NCBI GenBank assembly: GCA_965153455.1
Contig: OZ234493.1
Span: forward strand, 620,001-684,000
DNA: 64,000 nt
Direction of reading: 5' to 3'
Source: Sphagnum compactum
Taxonomy: Eukaryota
A program made the position numbers and the translations under genes. Positions 39,875 to 54,432 of the stretch are shown piece by piece. The first letter of the stretch is position 1. Every line of letters begins with the position of its first letter. A model generated the notes under the pieces. That model did not search any database, was not told where the DNA came from, and worked only from the letters and a program-made list of their open reading frames with translations.

Positions 39875-42800
39875 CTATACAGCAGTGGGTGAGAGGAGGA
39901 AATCTGGCAAAAACCGGTGTAGGGAAACACCACAAAAAGGACATGTAGGCAGTGCAGGTTGTTGCAGGACAACTGATGAAGAAACCTGTTTGATGTTCTT
40001 TCTTGACAACAGAGTGAAGAACAAAGCAGGTGCAAGCTTTGTTGCCCACCTTGCACAGCAACTGCAGTACCAGGAAGGAACTGCAGGGCAAACCTGAAAT
40101 TCCCGACAGAAACATCCAGTGTAAGCAGAATATGCTGTATTCCACCAGTTGAGACCCCTATGGCAAATATGAGACAATCCAAGACATATTATGTTATGTA
40201 AGGCAACTTGAAATTCACTTTACTAACAGATTCCCTTAGAGTACCTACTAAGAAGATTCTAAACACCCTCAACAGAGGAGACTCAAATATTGAAGGAGCT
40301 TTAATTTCACATGTGCCATGAGTTACAGACAAAGACTGAAATAGCTTTTTTAGGTTGACAAGAGAAACAATCATGAGAATAACAAACCTGCAATGAGACA
40401 GAACAACGCGGGAGTTTGTGGTTGATGTCATTACTATTCAATTCAACAGAATGACAGTAAGCTACTTCAGGGGATGTCAGTGGTACAACAGCATCACAGA
40501 AAGTGCAACTCTCCAACGGCCGCGGGTCACCTGATGGGAACCTGCTATTTCAAGCACAATGATTCAATGTTAGAGAACAAAGTTCTGTATTGCACTCTAT
40601 AGAGCACAAACTCCAGAACTAGGAAGAAGTGAATCAATGGCAATTATTCAATATGTAGTGAATATCCAAAAGGGTATATAGTCTGCCAAGTACTGTACTG
40701 GTCAGGTGAACCAACCCCTACACTGTACTTCACCTTGATGAGTGAGGGCTCTTAGTGGCTATATTGAAGCTGATGCATGTTAAATTTGGACCTGGAGACC
40801 CTGATTTAGTCTGAGGAAGGTACATTTGCAATGGTTAGAAGCATTTTTACCATGGTACCAATGTAGGTGCTGATTTGCCCAAGCCTTACTGGTCAAAATT
40901 AACAAACCGGCTCTTGCACTGAAACTAGTCGGCCGTTCATAATAACTATTTGATGTCTGACAGTACAGAACCCATAACCTTACCTGCTAGTAGGCAAAGT
41001 TGCCCTTTTCTTGACAACATTGGCAAAAGACATACATTTCATATTAAGTTCATGTCTGGAAAGATCCATGGGATGAGAATGGATGGCTAGGACTTACATA
41101 TCATCACTTGAGTAACGTATGTGAGCTGCTACTTCAAGCAACTCAGGAAAGATCACAGAGCCATTAGCAAGAACCCAATCAGCCATCAACCACAATTCTG
41201 TTGACTTGTCCTTCAGTACATCTTGCTCATGTTCTGCTCCCTCAAGTGATGCTGCTGCAGACAGAGTGAGAAGAATCAACCGTTGACGAAGTTCATGCTC
41301 CATGTGCCATAGGTGCTTCTTCCATAGCTGTTCTTGTTCTGAGGTAGGGGCTAATCCACCACCCTCCCTAGGGATCCCCGGCAAGTCCATATGGATGGTC
41401 TCATCTGTTCCAGTGTCCCAATTCTCTCTGGAGCTTTCCCCACTAAGCTCTTCAAATTTGCTATGTCCCAACAGCAGGCGCCTGTAGATGACACAAGCCA
41501 TTTGCAGTTGACGGCATGAAGCATTTGCAAGACACAACTGTAGACTCCCAACAGACATGCACAAAGGGTCAATCATGAAGTGATTGTGCTCCTTCCAACA
41601 GCTCTGCAGCCAACCAGATATGATTGAGACCATGACTTGAATGCCTGCCAAGCTCTTGAGAAAGGAGAGTGCTGCAATTACATCCCACAGGACTAATACT
41701 TCTGTATAATCTTCCATGTGGTGGAGGGTTGAAGCTATCTGTAGACCCCAGTTAGCAAGATCTTCGGGCCATAGACTCTTGGCTATGGGGATTTCAACCA
41801 TGCTGTCTCCCATATTGGCAAGTAGTCCTTTGAACCGTTGGCCACCCACCCAAAAGAGCTGGACCACTCCCTTCTGTGTCCTGAAAGAGACAACAAAACC
41901 ACTGAACGTCCTTGTAATCTCCAAATACTCCAATTTCCAATGAAGTTGCATCACAACCATCAAAATGCAACTGCACACTAGAGTCCAAATGACCTACCTT
42001 GATTGGTACATTGGGTCCAGCATTTCACTGGCGATACCACGTACCTGATAACAGCACATCGCATTAGTTCAGCTATCTCAGACTCACAACTTCTCTTCCT
42101 GATCATCTTCACTCTGATCAACTTCAGTATGCATCAGTTGGGCTCTCAGACTCATCACCTCTCTTCCTAATCATCTTCACTCTGATCAACTTCATACAAT
42201 GTTATTCCAACTCAGAGATGTATGTGCTCATGTGCCATTGGATTTTTCTGACTGAAACCCAGAGAACATAGACCTTATGGTAGTAACCCCTCTCATGCCT
42301 TCAATTTGATTTGCAGCTTGCACCCACCACAATGTGAAACTTAGGATCAAAGGAAAAAATATGGGTGCACTAAGGTATGGCAATCTGGGTACAACAATTG
42401 GGATGAGCATTCTGGTGACAAAGTGTGTACCCAACGCTCTGCTACTCTAGTCATGCACTCATGACAGGTTTGTGGAAGAACTGGTACAAAGTTCAAACCC
42501 TAAATCCACCATGTGTAGCAACATGTGACTGTCCTGAACAGAAGCAGGGACATAGTCCAGGGAGACAGAGAACCATACCACTGCCATTGCAAGGCATCCT
42601 GGAGACAATGTTACACCATAAAATGGATCCAGAGCTGAGGCAGGCAGCTGTAAGGCAAAAACAAGCAATGAAAGATGTCAAACTTTAACTACATATAAGG
42701 CCACCCCATAACAAAGTGAAGTAGGTGAATGTGCCAGATATTGCCTACTCCAGGCATAAAAGCCAAGTCCTCTCTCTTCTTGGACCACTAATTAGGCTCT

Positions 42801-45800
42801 GCTCAATATTCCAAGGAGCAATCAGATGTAGTCTGCAAAACTTTGAGACAAGGTAGTGGCTACAGTCAGAATCACGTACCCTGCCTTGGGAACAACTCAA
42901 CAACTAAACCATAATAGATTCAGCACTCAATCCAACCTATCAGAGCCACAAACATCTGTATTGAACATCTAAGCTGGTAAGATTTTAAAACACTCACATC
43001 ACTTGATACTTGAGGGGTCTCTGACACAAAGAGTGCTGAGCAGTCGGGGAAAGGAAGACCCCATAGCTCACTACCCATGAACTCCCAACTCTTTAGGTGG
43101 TTGTCCTGCAAATATACATACAATAAATCTGATCATCCTCCAGACACTAATGACCATTACCAGCCTTCCTCCTTGATAAACAGGGATGGAACTACAATAC
43201 AATATCAATACAATCTAATTATTGATACCTGGCCACAGCTATACAAACAGCGTCCATCTCTGCCCCATGTCAGTCCTGTAACCTGCATCCAAGATCCAAT
43301 CATTATGACCTCTTCCAAGAACCATATGCACAAACTTTCTCTCTCAAAAGATGTGAGGCATCTGAAAGATAATACGATGAAACATCTTGACATAGGTGCT
43401 GACTTCAGCATTCGTACAATGAGTGGACCTCTTGAGTTCAAGGGCATGACACCAAATGTCACCTGCACATAGGATAAGAGTACTCCACTTCACCAACTAC
43501 TTAGATGACCAGCATCCATGATTATAGTTGCATAGCAACAAACCCTGTATCAATCCCATCAGAACGATAGATCCTTACCACTTGATCATGTGCCTTCAGC
43601 TGGCATGCAATACGTGTACAGCACCATGATACATCAAATTCCCATGCAGAAATGCAGCCAGACCCTTTCCCAACTGCCATCAGTGCTTTTGTTGAATCTC
43701 TGGTTGGTACAGACAAAGTAAGCGAACTTACAAGCACCAGGTCTGCCTCTACCACCTGATTTCCATAGAAACAACATGCACATGCATATTGAATAAGACA
43801 ATGGAATCTGCTGCTCAGCATGTGTGAAAGCCCTTTAGACATACTATTATTGCATGAGCTTCACAGAATTTCTCGGTGTAGCTTTAAATTACCAGCAAGC
43901 AATTCTCTTGCTGAAATATATATTTTTAAATAATCTCAGCACTGCCAGAATTCACGATCCCACTTTTCTCCTGAGTTTTTCCCATTTTCATCTGACACAA
44001 GGACAAGGCCTCTACCTGTCTGAGTAAAGTAAAAGGTAAGACCCCACTGCAGGATGGCAGAGATGCCAGAATCTGTGAATCTCCTGACCACAGCTTAACA
44101 CTATCACAAACAGTACAAAGAATAGGTCAGAGAGATTAAGACAAAGATTTCATACTCACAGTCAAATCACCTTCTTAAGGAATGGGAGTGCCAACATCTA
44201 GGCGATAACATTTCTGTGGATACAGAAAAGTACCCTGGCAACCATCCTCTAAGACAGGCAGAGAAGATGGGTTCCATCATATGCCCTCCTGTTTCTCATC
44301 TAAATCATGGGCATGCTATTACATAGTACATTTGAATAAAGAATTTGAACTGAAAGGGTGAAGTTGAAGAGACATGTCTCACCTTCCATCAGCACATCCT
44401 GTTGCCAACAACAAGGTATTTTCAAATCCACCATCACTATTTGGAGTCCCTGCATGTGGCCCAGGACATGAGGCCCAGCTAACTGAAGTCACCCAAGATG
44501 TGTGGGCCCTTAGGAACCCAAGAAAGCAAAAGTCAGATAAGGGCAGAGCCTTCTCAATTGAATAGGAGATCGGCACTGCAAATCGGAAGACAGAAACACT
44601 GCCTGCCCTTGTTCCTACAGCACAGAACACAAACCCTTGATCTTTTGCATGCCACTTTGGGGACCAGGCTAACACCAATGGGGACATCAGGCTATGGCGT
44701 GCTGCATAGGTACTGGGAGTGACAACCCTTTCAGAATGTTCCTGGGAGCTATTCTTGAATGCCCCTCCACCAACTCCCGTATCTAATAAGTTCCCTAGTT
44801 TTGCCTGCTTTTGCCTGAGAAACTTGCTCATCTGCAAAAAGATTTCAATGCAAAAAGATTGAGCATTTTTCTCAACAAGGCACCAGTTTTCTTTCTGAAT
44901 CCACTTCTGCCTGAAATTGTAAGTCAGCTTCTTCTTACAACTGACAATGAAGCAAATCTCAAATTACCAAGCTGTCAACTGCTTCTAGGTTGCCTTTCCA
45001 ACATGAAGTGCATCCAACATGTATACATTTGCAACAAAAGAAAACCCAGGCTACAACAGGAGAGAACCATCATGTCTTCCTACAGGCCAGCTTCTTCCTG
45101 AAGAGCTACAAAGAGATTAGCAACAAGGATGATGAGCACCAAAATTGTACATTTCTAAGCTGCAAGCTAAATGGTGTGCAAATGCAAACAGAAATTATGT
45201 AAGCTGTGGACTACATACCCTTTGATAACTTCCATTAAGTGGCAACTTGCCATGGTCCTCCTTCAGCATATCTGGACAAGAAAAACAGGTTTGAATCTCA
45301 TTCAGCATATTCACATCCCACTTTTTTACTGAGCGATTTTGGAAACTAAGCACACAGTAGAACTTATTTCAGCCATTTACAAACAACCTGAAATCCTAAG
45401 AGATAGTATCATATTTCCTTCAAGAAGAATGCCATCTGAGCAGGATGAATATGATAACATGGCAGAATATGCAAGCTGTCTCTTGCAAAAACTATGTACC
45501 AGACAAGACATTAGTAATGGGTTCAAAAACTCACACCTGCAAGGGTTTGGTCAGGGTCATCATCAAAGTCATCCTCAAGATTTTCATTGTATGGTGTTTG
45601 TGGCTCCTCTTTCACCACCTCCATATCCAATCCCTTCCCATTCAATCTCAGTGGCATCCAACCAACTACCAGCAACATGCACATTCATGAACAAACATAA
45701 ACTCAAACTACTCTAAAGAATGCTCAAACCAGCCTGATAGAAGCAAAAAAGCAAATGGCAACACCAAAGAATAAGACATTTCATTGATTGATGATCTACA

Positions 45801-48192
45801 AGACACACACCAGAGGTGAGGTCTCCACCCCTGCTTCCAAACTTTTAGAAAAAAGGGCAGGTGACATATGTCCTTCCAACAGAGACTGTGCATCTCCACA
45901 ATCATCAACCAACTCAGCTCCTTCATGTGAATCTGCCAAACTGCAGGGAGGAGACCAAATCAGAACATATTGACCTAGAAGAGCTCTTCCAACTGTTTCT
46001 CTTCTGTAACAATGTAGAACAAATGCACAGACACCTTACACAATCTCTGAAATAGACTCAGGAAGATTGACATAGAACAGAAGGTAGCCAAAGGAGGACC
46101 CCTGAAAGAAGATGTGACTACAAAGCATTACAAACTAAACAGTCAAATGATTATCCTCAAACTTACTGTTTCTTTGTCCTGCTCACTTTCCTGTGCTGAG
46201 GCTCATCAGTTGCCACATGCCTTTTCTTGTCTTTGACCCCAAAGCTAACAAATTGAGCTTCATCTCCCTACACATCCAACCAAATGTCATTAACTTGACA
46301 AGATGGATATCAAAGAGGGTAAACCAAGTACAGGCAGAAACAATTGCAGTTGAACTGTATCTGGGCACCTAGCCATGTTAAATTCCCAACTTTTTGAAAG
46401 AGTAAGTACCACATCCACTCTGGTAGCCACACCTCTGTTTCCTTGAACTCCTTCTCTAAACAATATGCATAAATAAGCTCCGAAAGATCTGCCACCTGTA
46501 CAGCAAGGAAATTGATCAATGATGTTTGACAAGTACAATGACTCAGCATCTAGAGCCAAACCAACTTTGTGATTTATCCAGAAGAGCTCGAGTCAGGTGA
46601 ACTTGTTTCCTGGTCAATTCACCATGAAAATTCACCAAGCAAACAATATGTGAATTCCTGGTGCGGAGCTTATCCCCAGAACCCTAAATATGCAAGGGTC
46701 GGGTGTAGCTCCATTTCTCTCCACATATCAGCTATCCATGTCTCAGAGATCAAGAGTAACGGGACTGTCCATATTACTGAAGTCAAGGTAGAATGGATAT
46801 CACAAGAACACAGTTCCTAGTCTTGTCAAACTCAGGTCCATATGCAAAAGGGTCATGCATTCCAAAACATCAATAGTAGGAACCAAACATACCTCGACCC
46901 ATTCAGCTTTGTAGTCACAGAAGGGTGCACGATATAGTTTGATACGGAAGTCTGTGGTACAGACCCCCAGCAGACAACTGCAAAGTAGTACAGCCACCAC
47001 ACATCAATGCCAGACACAAACAACCACTTGAATGCATGCAAATCAATAGTTGGGCTACAGAGACCACATGTGCACAATAGCACAAGTGTAGAGTGTAAAC
47101 CGGCAGGCATGCCAGAATCTTTGGTGGGACACTAAACACACAACATTTCAGGGAAAACTCTCAGATATCATGTGAACCTGAGTTAACTAGCACATGTGAC
47201 AGAGCTATTAAGAAAACACTTCCAATACCAAGAAACGAACCTTCCATTTGAAGCCAAGCCCTGTGGAGACCAATCCAGAGCTCGCACACCCACACGTCCC
47301 TCTCTCCACAGTCGAAATGGAAGCAGGACTGAGTCAGACAAATCTGCAATTCACATGGATAAGATCGTGCATTTTTAGAGTCTTGGCTACTTATGAACAA
47401 TGTTGAATGATCATAATATCTTGCAAACCAAATAGGAGAAATATGTATCCCACTTCTACGATCAATAAAGAGAAAATACAAACTATCACACAGATTTACA
47501 AAGCTGGCAGAAAATATACCTTCCCGCTTCACAGTTCCAATATCAAAGACCTGGCTTTGTAGTATTGATGCATAGCCTCGAGGACCAGACAATGATGCTG
47601 GATTCTGGACTGACACAACCTCAAATTCAGTATCACAACACTTAGATCACAATGATCAACAGCATTTACACAGATGGGGATAGTTAATGCACAGACAACT
47701 GTTTTGCCACCACAACAAACATAATATCACGCACAAGTAACATTTGACAGCGTGCTGGGTTTACGCATGTCAAGCATCATGGACACAGGAAATTTGAAGA
47801 AAATGGATCAATCAATGTAATGCAAGAAGAGGGGACTAGCACAAGGAAAACCTCCCATTGTCTAAACGGAAGAGCAACCAGGCAACAGGAAGGCTGCAGG
47901 AGGTAATTAAGATAAAGAGAGACATGCCATCGCAGGAGAATAGACATATATACTCTCACTATCAAGCTGGAAAGATATGAACAAGAATGTGAAAGACGAG
48001 GAAAAGCTCTCAACGCACAAGGATGGTAACCAGGTGACCAGACGCCACGGCGATGAGATTATCTTCCGACCACTTGATGGAGTTAGGGAAGGTCGGGGCT
48101 CCCACCAACGCTAGGGTGCTGCTAGGGGAGGGAAAGGTATGGCCATCCTCATCTCCATAGCCAGTAAACTCGAGAGGCTCCACATGCCCCAT
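39875..48192 (-). CDS. GTF3C4: TFIIIC delta/90-kDa subunit-like WD40 protein with C-terminal zinc finger (At3g49400-like), multi-exon
   Basis: First exons 48192-48019, 47604-47520, 47343-47241, 46977-46893 give PTFPNSIKWSEDNLIAVASGHLVTILNP...VRALDWSPQGLASNGSCLLGVCT...KLYRAPFCDYKAEWVE. WD repeats (AHTSWVT, AHDQV, VTGLTW). C-terminus CTFC...HKLPRCSVSLQVC...WYCSCC...CPFCGVSLHRFLPDFLLSP*. Middle exons not fully resolved. Confidence 0.85.
42076..42194. repeat. ~50-bp intronic direct duplication
   Basis: tctcagactca...tctcttcct(g/a)atcatcttcactctgatcaacttca x2. Confidence 0.85.
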
Positions 48193-48478
48193 GGACGACA
48201 CAGGCCCTCCTGCGATCACAACAACACCGGACACAGAGAGTCAAATTGAGAAAAGGAACACCGATCACCAGCGAAGAAGAACTCCAAAGAATTCGTTCCG
48301 CACAAAAGAGATTCAATTGCGCCAACAAGAAGAAGGAACACGAGAAGACAGCAATGCTTACACGACGAGTGAGCTGCGTTGCTCGCGCAACCTCGCCAGG
48401 AAATCCAGTGCCCGCAAAAACCAAAGAAGAACACGACGAGCTTCTCGTATGCAGCTTGACCTAATTCACTATTGCTGT

Positions 48479-49090
48479 TCCACATGGCTTTCCATCATGG
48501 ACCGGTCCAGTTGGTTCCAAGTACCAAATTCGATAATCCAGTGGTCTAGTTTGTGCGAATACCCACATGGTCTTTCGATAGCTAATGGACGGTCTAGTTA
48601 GTCCAGTTACCCACGTCGTTTTTCGATAATCCACTGATCTGGTTAGTACAGATACTACATGGTCTTCCGATATTTCACTGGTCTGCTTAGTCCAAATACC
48701 CACATGGATTTGGATGATTCCACTGGTCTAGATAGACCAAATACCCACATGGATTTGGATGAGTTCACTGGTTCAGTTAATTCAAATACCCACATGGATT
48801 TGGATGAGTTCACTGGTCTAGTTATAGTTCAACTACCCACATGGATTTGGTTGATTTCACTGGTCTAGTTACTTCAAATACCCACATGGATTTGGATGAT
48901 TTCACTGGTCTAGTTAGTTCAACTACCCACATGGATTTGGATGATTTCACAGGTCTAGTTAGTTCAACTACCCACATGGTCTTTTGATACTTCGCTGGTT
49001 TCCAGTTAGATGGAATACCCACATGGTTGTCCCAGGAACTGGTGGTGTAGTCAGTTCAAATACCCACAAGGGTTTTTGATACTGGTACCT
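48479..49090. repeat. 45-bp tandem array (~14 units) immediately upstream of the TFIIIC subunit gene
   Basis: Consensus ccacatggatttggatgatttcactggtctagttagttcaa(a/c)tac; centre homogeneous, edges diverged. Confidence 0.95.
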
Positions 49091-52000
49091 ACGACTGATG
49101 TTCAACACCACAAATAATGTTTCCTAAAGGTTTAGCCGAAAAAAAGAGAAATTTTTTTTTGAAATTTTTGGCCAAACTTGTGGAAATTTGAAAAACCATT
49201 TAATTCCTATTATCACAAATGCACAATACCAAAATGTAATTTTGTATAGCCATAGACTAGGGTCAGTTTCCCACATTCACAAAATGAATTTAAAAAGAAA
49301 ATTCAAAAACTCACTCTTTTTTTTCTTTTTTCTTTTGAAATTATTCTCATTTTCATGATCTACTATGTTATTGTCATATGAGTAGTGAAATTATTCAGAG
49401 TGTTAATTTTAATGATTTTCAACTTGTCATCCTTCATGTTTTCACAAAAATTCATTTCACTATTTTCACGATTATTTAATGACAAAACTGACTACATTAA
49501 GGTAATAAGGTATTTATTCCTCAACTATTGAAAATTTTTAAATTTTAAATTTTGAAATTGTTGAACCTTGTTTTCTAAAATAAATAAATATTTGACCCCA
49601 AAACAAAAAAAAAAAAAAGGATTACAATTTTGAAAAAGGAAGATTATATTAAATTGTGATCCTTGAAAAGGTGATCTAATTATTATGTTAAAATACGGAC
49701 AAGAAACATGGACATCATATGTATTAATTATGATCTTGGATGAGATTGATGCAATTTAAGGAACTTCCAAATGTGGCGTAATATATTTTTCTAAAAAAAT
49801 TATGGAGTTGTAACTATGAATTGAGGGTTGTTTTTTTTTGGCTAGCAAAATTGTTTATTTGTTTTGTTTTGTCAAGTTGAAATCTCCCAAAAGTTAGGTT
49901 TAAAAAGGTATATACCATTTTCCCTTTCAAAAGTCATTCAATATTATTGTATGTGTTTAACATGTCACAACTCATGTTAATTATAATGAAATAGATATAG
50001 TTTGTTTTTAGAACAAAATGGTGGTTTTGTTCTTTGCTTTAAGGTGTTCTTGGTGATGGGAGGAGAAAGCTTTGCAAATTTCATAAGAAGATGGATAAGA
50101 AATGTGTTTTATGTTTCATTCACACATTAGAATAACAATAATGTTTCGTATGTATCCCTAATTATCATAATTATAACCAATTAACAACAAAGTAATATGA
50201 AGATATGATGCCTCCTTATTTTACATACTTACCCAACCTACTCCATTCATACTTTATCCAATCACAACCCTATGAATATACCTATTTATTTCAAACCTTA
50301 TCATTGTACAATAATTGCTAATTTATCATTTTAAGTCAATAATAAATTTATGTGAAGGTGATTTTCAAATGTTAATGGATTCGTGATGTGTAGAGCTTTG
50401 TGTGACAATTTAAATAAAGGAACGAATGTCTTTGGTCTTGGGGATGTGACTATTTATGCAAGTAGAATAACTCTCTATATTTAGAGGTGTTAATGTTTAC
50501 AAAATTATAGATGGGACCAATTTCAATACCTACAATTTTAATTTATCAATATGACAATTTGATAATTAATATTTGTATGAATCAATAGAACGTTATTTGT
50601 TTTTCCATAAGCAAGGATAACACATTCACAATTTCGAACCTTTAATGAGCTTGACAAAACAATGACCTATGTTGTCAATAGAATGGCATGGTGACATTAA
50701 AACAAATGATAAACACATAATGTAATATTGTTGTGCAAAAGCATATGTCAAGAAAGCATAGTTAGTTATATAGTTCACATAGTTACACAAATCACTCTTG
50801 CACTAATTCTTAAAAGAAATAATTATGCATCTTGAATGTAGTATTCTAAAATTGTTGAATGATTTCAACACCCTTCATTCTTTGCACTTTTCACATGTAC
50901 ACATAATTTGTAATAAGATTTCTCATCTCAAGTTGACATTATCATATACTATATACCATATACAATTGTGCAATATAAACAACATGACCATTTTATAAGT
51001 CCCAAAACAAACAACAATGCATTGGAAATTTCTTTTGTTGACTACATGGTTCATTTCATTGATACCTTACATGCCAAGGAGAAAGATTTACTACCAATAT
51101 TCCCCAATACTTAGAAAGGACTCAATTGAACACCCATGAAATCATATAGCCAAATTATCTAGGTTATTCATCACTTACAAGAAGAGACAACCATAATGAT
51201 TTGTAATTTCCAAAGTCGATCAAATATGTTTTCAATTCAGTGCAATGTATGTGTATTAATAGTTTTATATTAAGAAGCAATAAATTGTGAATGTTTTTTG
51301 AGTGTAGGTAAGCAATTAACATCATTTCAAAAAAAATTATCAAATTTTTTTTATGAAGATAGTCTTTAACTTAATAATTTACAAAATTGACTACTTTTGA
51401 TATAACTATTGTTCAAATTCAAAGGTCCTATATCAAAATCAAAATTCAAAATATTTCATTTTAATTATAATTTTGAATTATTTGACACTCATATTAGTCA
51501 TTTAGCACAACTTCCCATGATTAACATGGCATTAAAATGGCACCACAAAAATATATCTAACAAAGTTATAATTTTGAAAAAAAATTGATGGTTGTCCAAC
51601 ATGGTTTTTGGCTCATTTGATGTGATTACACTCATATTGCAATTGTAAATCCTTTTTTTTCCTTTCTTAGTTATCCATGTATAGGGGTTACAATGACTTA
51701 ACATGACTAGCAATGCCCTACATAATGATTTTCTACTACTATGGCAATAATGACCTTCATAAACTTCCTACACAATAAACTCATATGCAACAAAAAATTT
51801 TGAAATGGATTTTTTTTGGGTGATGAATGAATTGCTTAGATTAGTTTGAACCAATGTTAGCCAATTTGTTTTTCATAATTGGTCAAATATGTTTTTTTTT
51901 AAACCATAAATGATCAATTTCATTATCAAAATAATACAATGTGTTATCAATTTATGGGAAATGTCCATGGTTGTTTGGGTGATAAATGTGAATCATTCAT

Positions 52001-54218
52001 AATGTTCAGTTATCAAATACTTGCATTGAAAATCATCAATTATACTATGTACTTGGGGTAGGTTACAAGGTTTTATTTATGTTTATATTTAAAATGTTTT
52101 TTATGTTTTATCATAAACATGCATAGGGTTTTAGGATCTATAACATACTTGAATGAATTCCAATAATCCAAGTAGGTTACTAAACTCAATATTCAATTAC
52201 TAGGTTATCAATGACTAGCTAATAAGTTATTAATAATTAAGTTGATAATTGGGTTTTTATGAACTACCAACCGACATTAATACAAACATGGGTAATCATT
52301 TGCTTCAATGAAAATATAGCATGGTGATGTTTTCAATGAAAATTGCAATGTGCATTTTTCATAGTGCTTTGAATGTCCACAAACTTGCTTTTCATTTTGG
52401 GATATGGCAATTTCTCAATGGGATTTGACTTTTTGAGGAATGTGAAAGATTGAAAAAATGTTCAAAATGATCAATTTTGTTTCATGAACTTTTTTAACTC
52501 AAGACCATGTTCCATTGCAATTCACTTTTTGTGTCAAAAACAAAATAAAAACAAAATACAAATTATATTTTAACAAGTTACAATTTCATAACACAAAATA
52601 AAACCACAACACTCATCACAAGCTCAATCTAAAGGAAACCCACAAAAATTGCTAGAAAACATGATTTTCAAGTTCTACGTTCAAAATTTCATTTTTTAAA
52701 AATCGAAATGTTATGCCTTCAACTGGGTGAAAATTCATGCTTTACACTTCATATAAAAACCTTGAGACAAACATAGTAACACAAGGTGGCGCACAAGAGA
52801 TTCAACTTGATAAATATGAGTCACATCACTTCCCACGAGGATAATATCTCAATTCAAAACACCTTCAATTACTTTCACAATTGTTAATTGATTAGAGTAT
52901 TTAGGATTTGTTCATGCTTATTAATTGAATCATTTGAGTCATGCTCAAATAATTTGATAATTCAATAAGTTCTTTACGCTCCCAAATAAACATCCACTTG
53001 TTATTAGTTTAAACATAGCTTAGAATGTAAGTCATAAGGTTGAAAATGTCATCCTTATGACAACAAGCAAATTATTTATCCTTTAATGAAACCAAAAAAA
53101 AAAAAAAAAACTTCTTCCTTTTGTGTGCAATGTCTCCTTCAAATGTCCTCCCCACATTTCTAATATGTTTTGTAGTCTCAAGAGAAAAGGAGACGACAAG
53201 ACATACCAACACATTTTGTTTGTTTTACCCTTGGGGTAATGATGCAACTTGACCTCATTTGTACAACCTTATTAACCCTTATGCCAATTGATACCATCAC
53301 TAGAAACCAATAGGCCCTGTAAAAGCTAGTGAACAAAACATGAGGATGAATGCTTCCACCACGAGGCTTTATTAAAAAAGATTGTTGAATATTTAAAAAG
53401 AATTTAAAAAAAAAGAAAAAGAAAACGAGGAATTCACTTCAGGTTATAGAGAAAGCAAACAAATGATCTTTAGTCAATTTTCAATCTTGTTAATTGATTG
53501 ATTTTTTTTTACTAAGTATAAGAATAGAAGTAGATAAACAAAAGTGATGATGTTTGTTAGGAAGGAAATGAAACATAGAATTGTAAAATCGGTTCAATTC
53601 TATATTGGGATTAAACAAAAAAAAATGGTGACATAATTTTGTCATCTATTTGTCATCTATTCAATCCAATCCCCATAAAAGTCATAAGGTTAGGTAGGTG
53701 GGGTTCAAATTGATCCACTTAGGTGACCCTAATGCTTGAATAACAAGAACTTGGGTGTTTTTACTTTTTTTTAATTTTAAATCAATCATCAACTAGGTGT
53801 AAAAATAACATCTTTTGATTAAAAAAAATCTTAATGGATGGGTAGATTTGTTTGTGAAATTATGTTGTCTATTTCATAGAAGGTATCAAATAACTAGATT
53901 TTGAAAACTATTGAGACCCACCTATTAGCAACTTGCATGTGTCAAATTTATCCCATCTATGCAAGAGAAACACTTATAATCAATATGCATGTCTCAAATT
54001 TATCCCCCCTATGTAGGAGAAACATTAAAGTAATGGAAAAAAGAAAAGTATAAATCTTTGTTTCTTGACATTTCTAGTGTCACTCTTGATTTCATTCATA
54101 GAGTTAGGGAACATTAAGGCAACCAATGGGAAATGAAAACAATCAAAACAAGTTTTAAATTCTTCACATGACTTTGAGGGTACATTTGATTTCATAGGGT
54201 ATCACAAAAAAAATCAAA

Positions 54219-54432
54219 ATACTAATGAAATTCAAGTATGAAGAAGAAGTGTTGTTTGATTCTTATTTAAGAATATCTTCCTATTTAAGAATATCTTTGG
54301 TTTTGATATCTAATTTAGGTTTTGACATACTAATGAAATTCAAGTATGAAGACGTGTTGTTTGATTCTTATTTAAGAATATCTTCCTATTTAAGAATATC
54401 TTTGATTTTGATATCTAATTTAGGTTTTGACA
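54219..54432. repeat. ~105-bp tandem duplication
   Basis: atactaatgaaattcaagtatgaaga...gatatctaatttaggttttgacat x2. Confidence 0.9.

Noticed and set aside
47161..47616. 151-aa ORF as a single exon of the TFIIIC gene
   Set aside because: Conserved sequence switches frame through an intron (47519-47344); the ORF reads through intron sequence
48659..49022. ORFs with 15-aa repeats (THMDLDEFTGL / MWVVELTRPVKSSKS)
   Set aside because: By-product of a 45-bp unit divisible by 3; frames break at 47-bp units; also not CRISPR since there are no spacers
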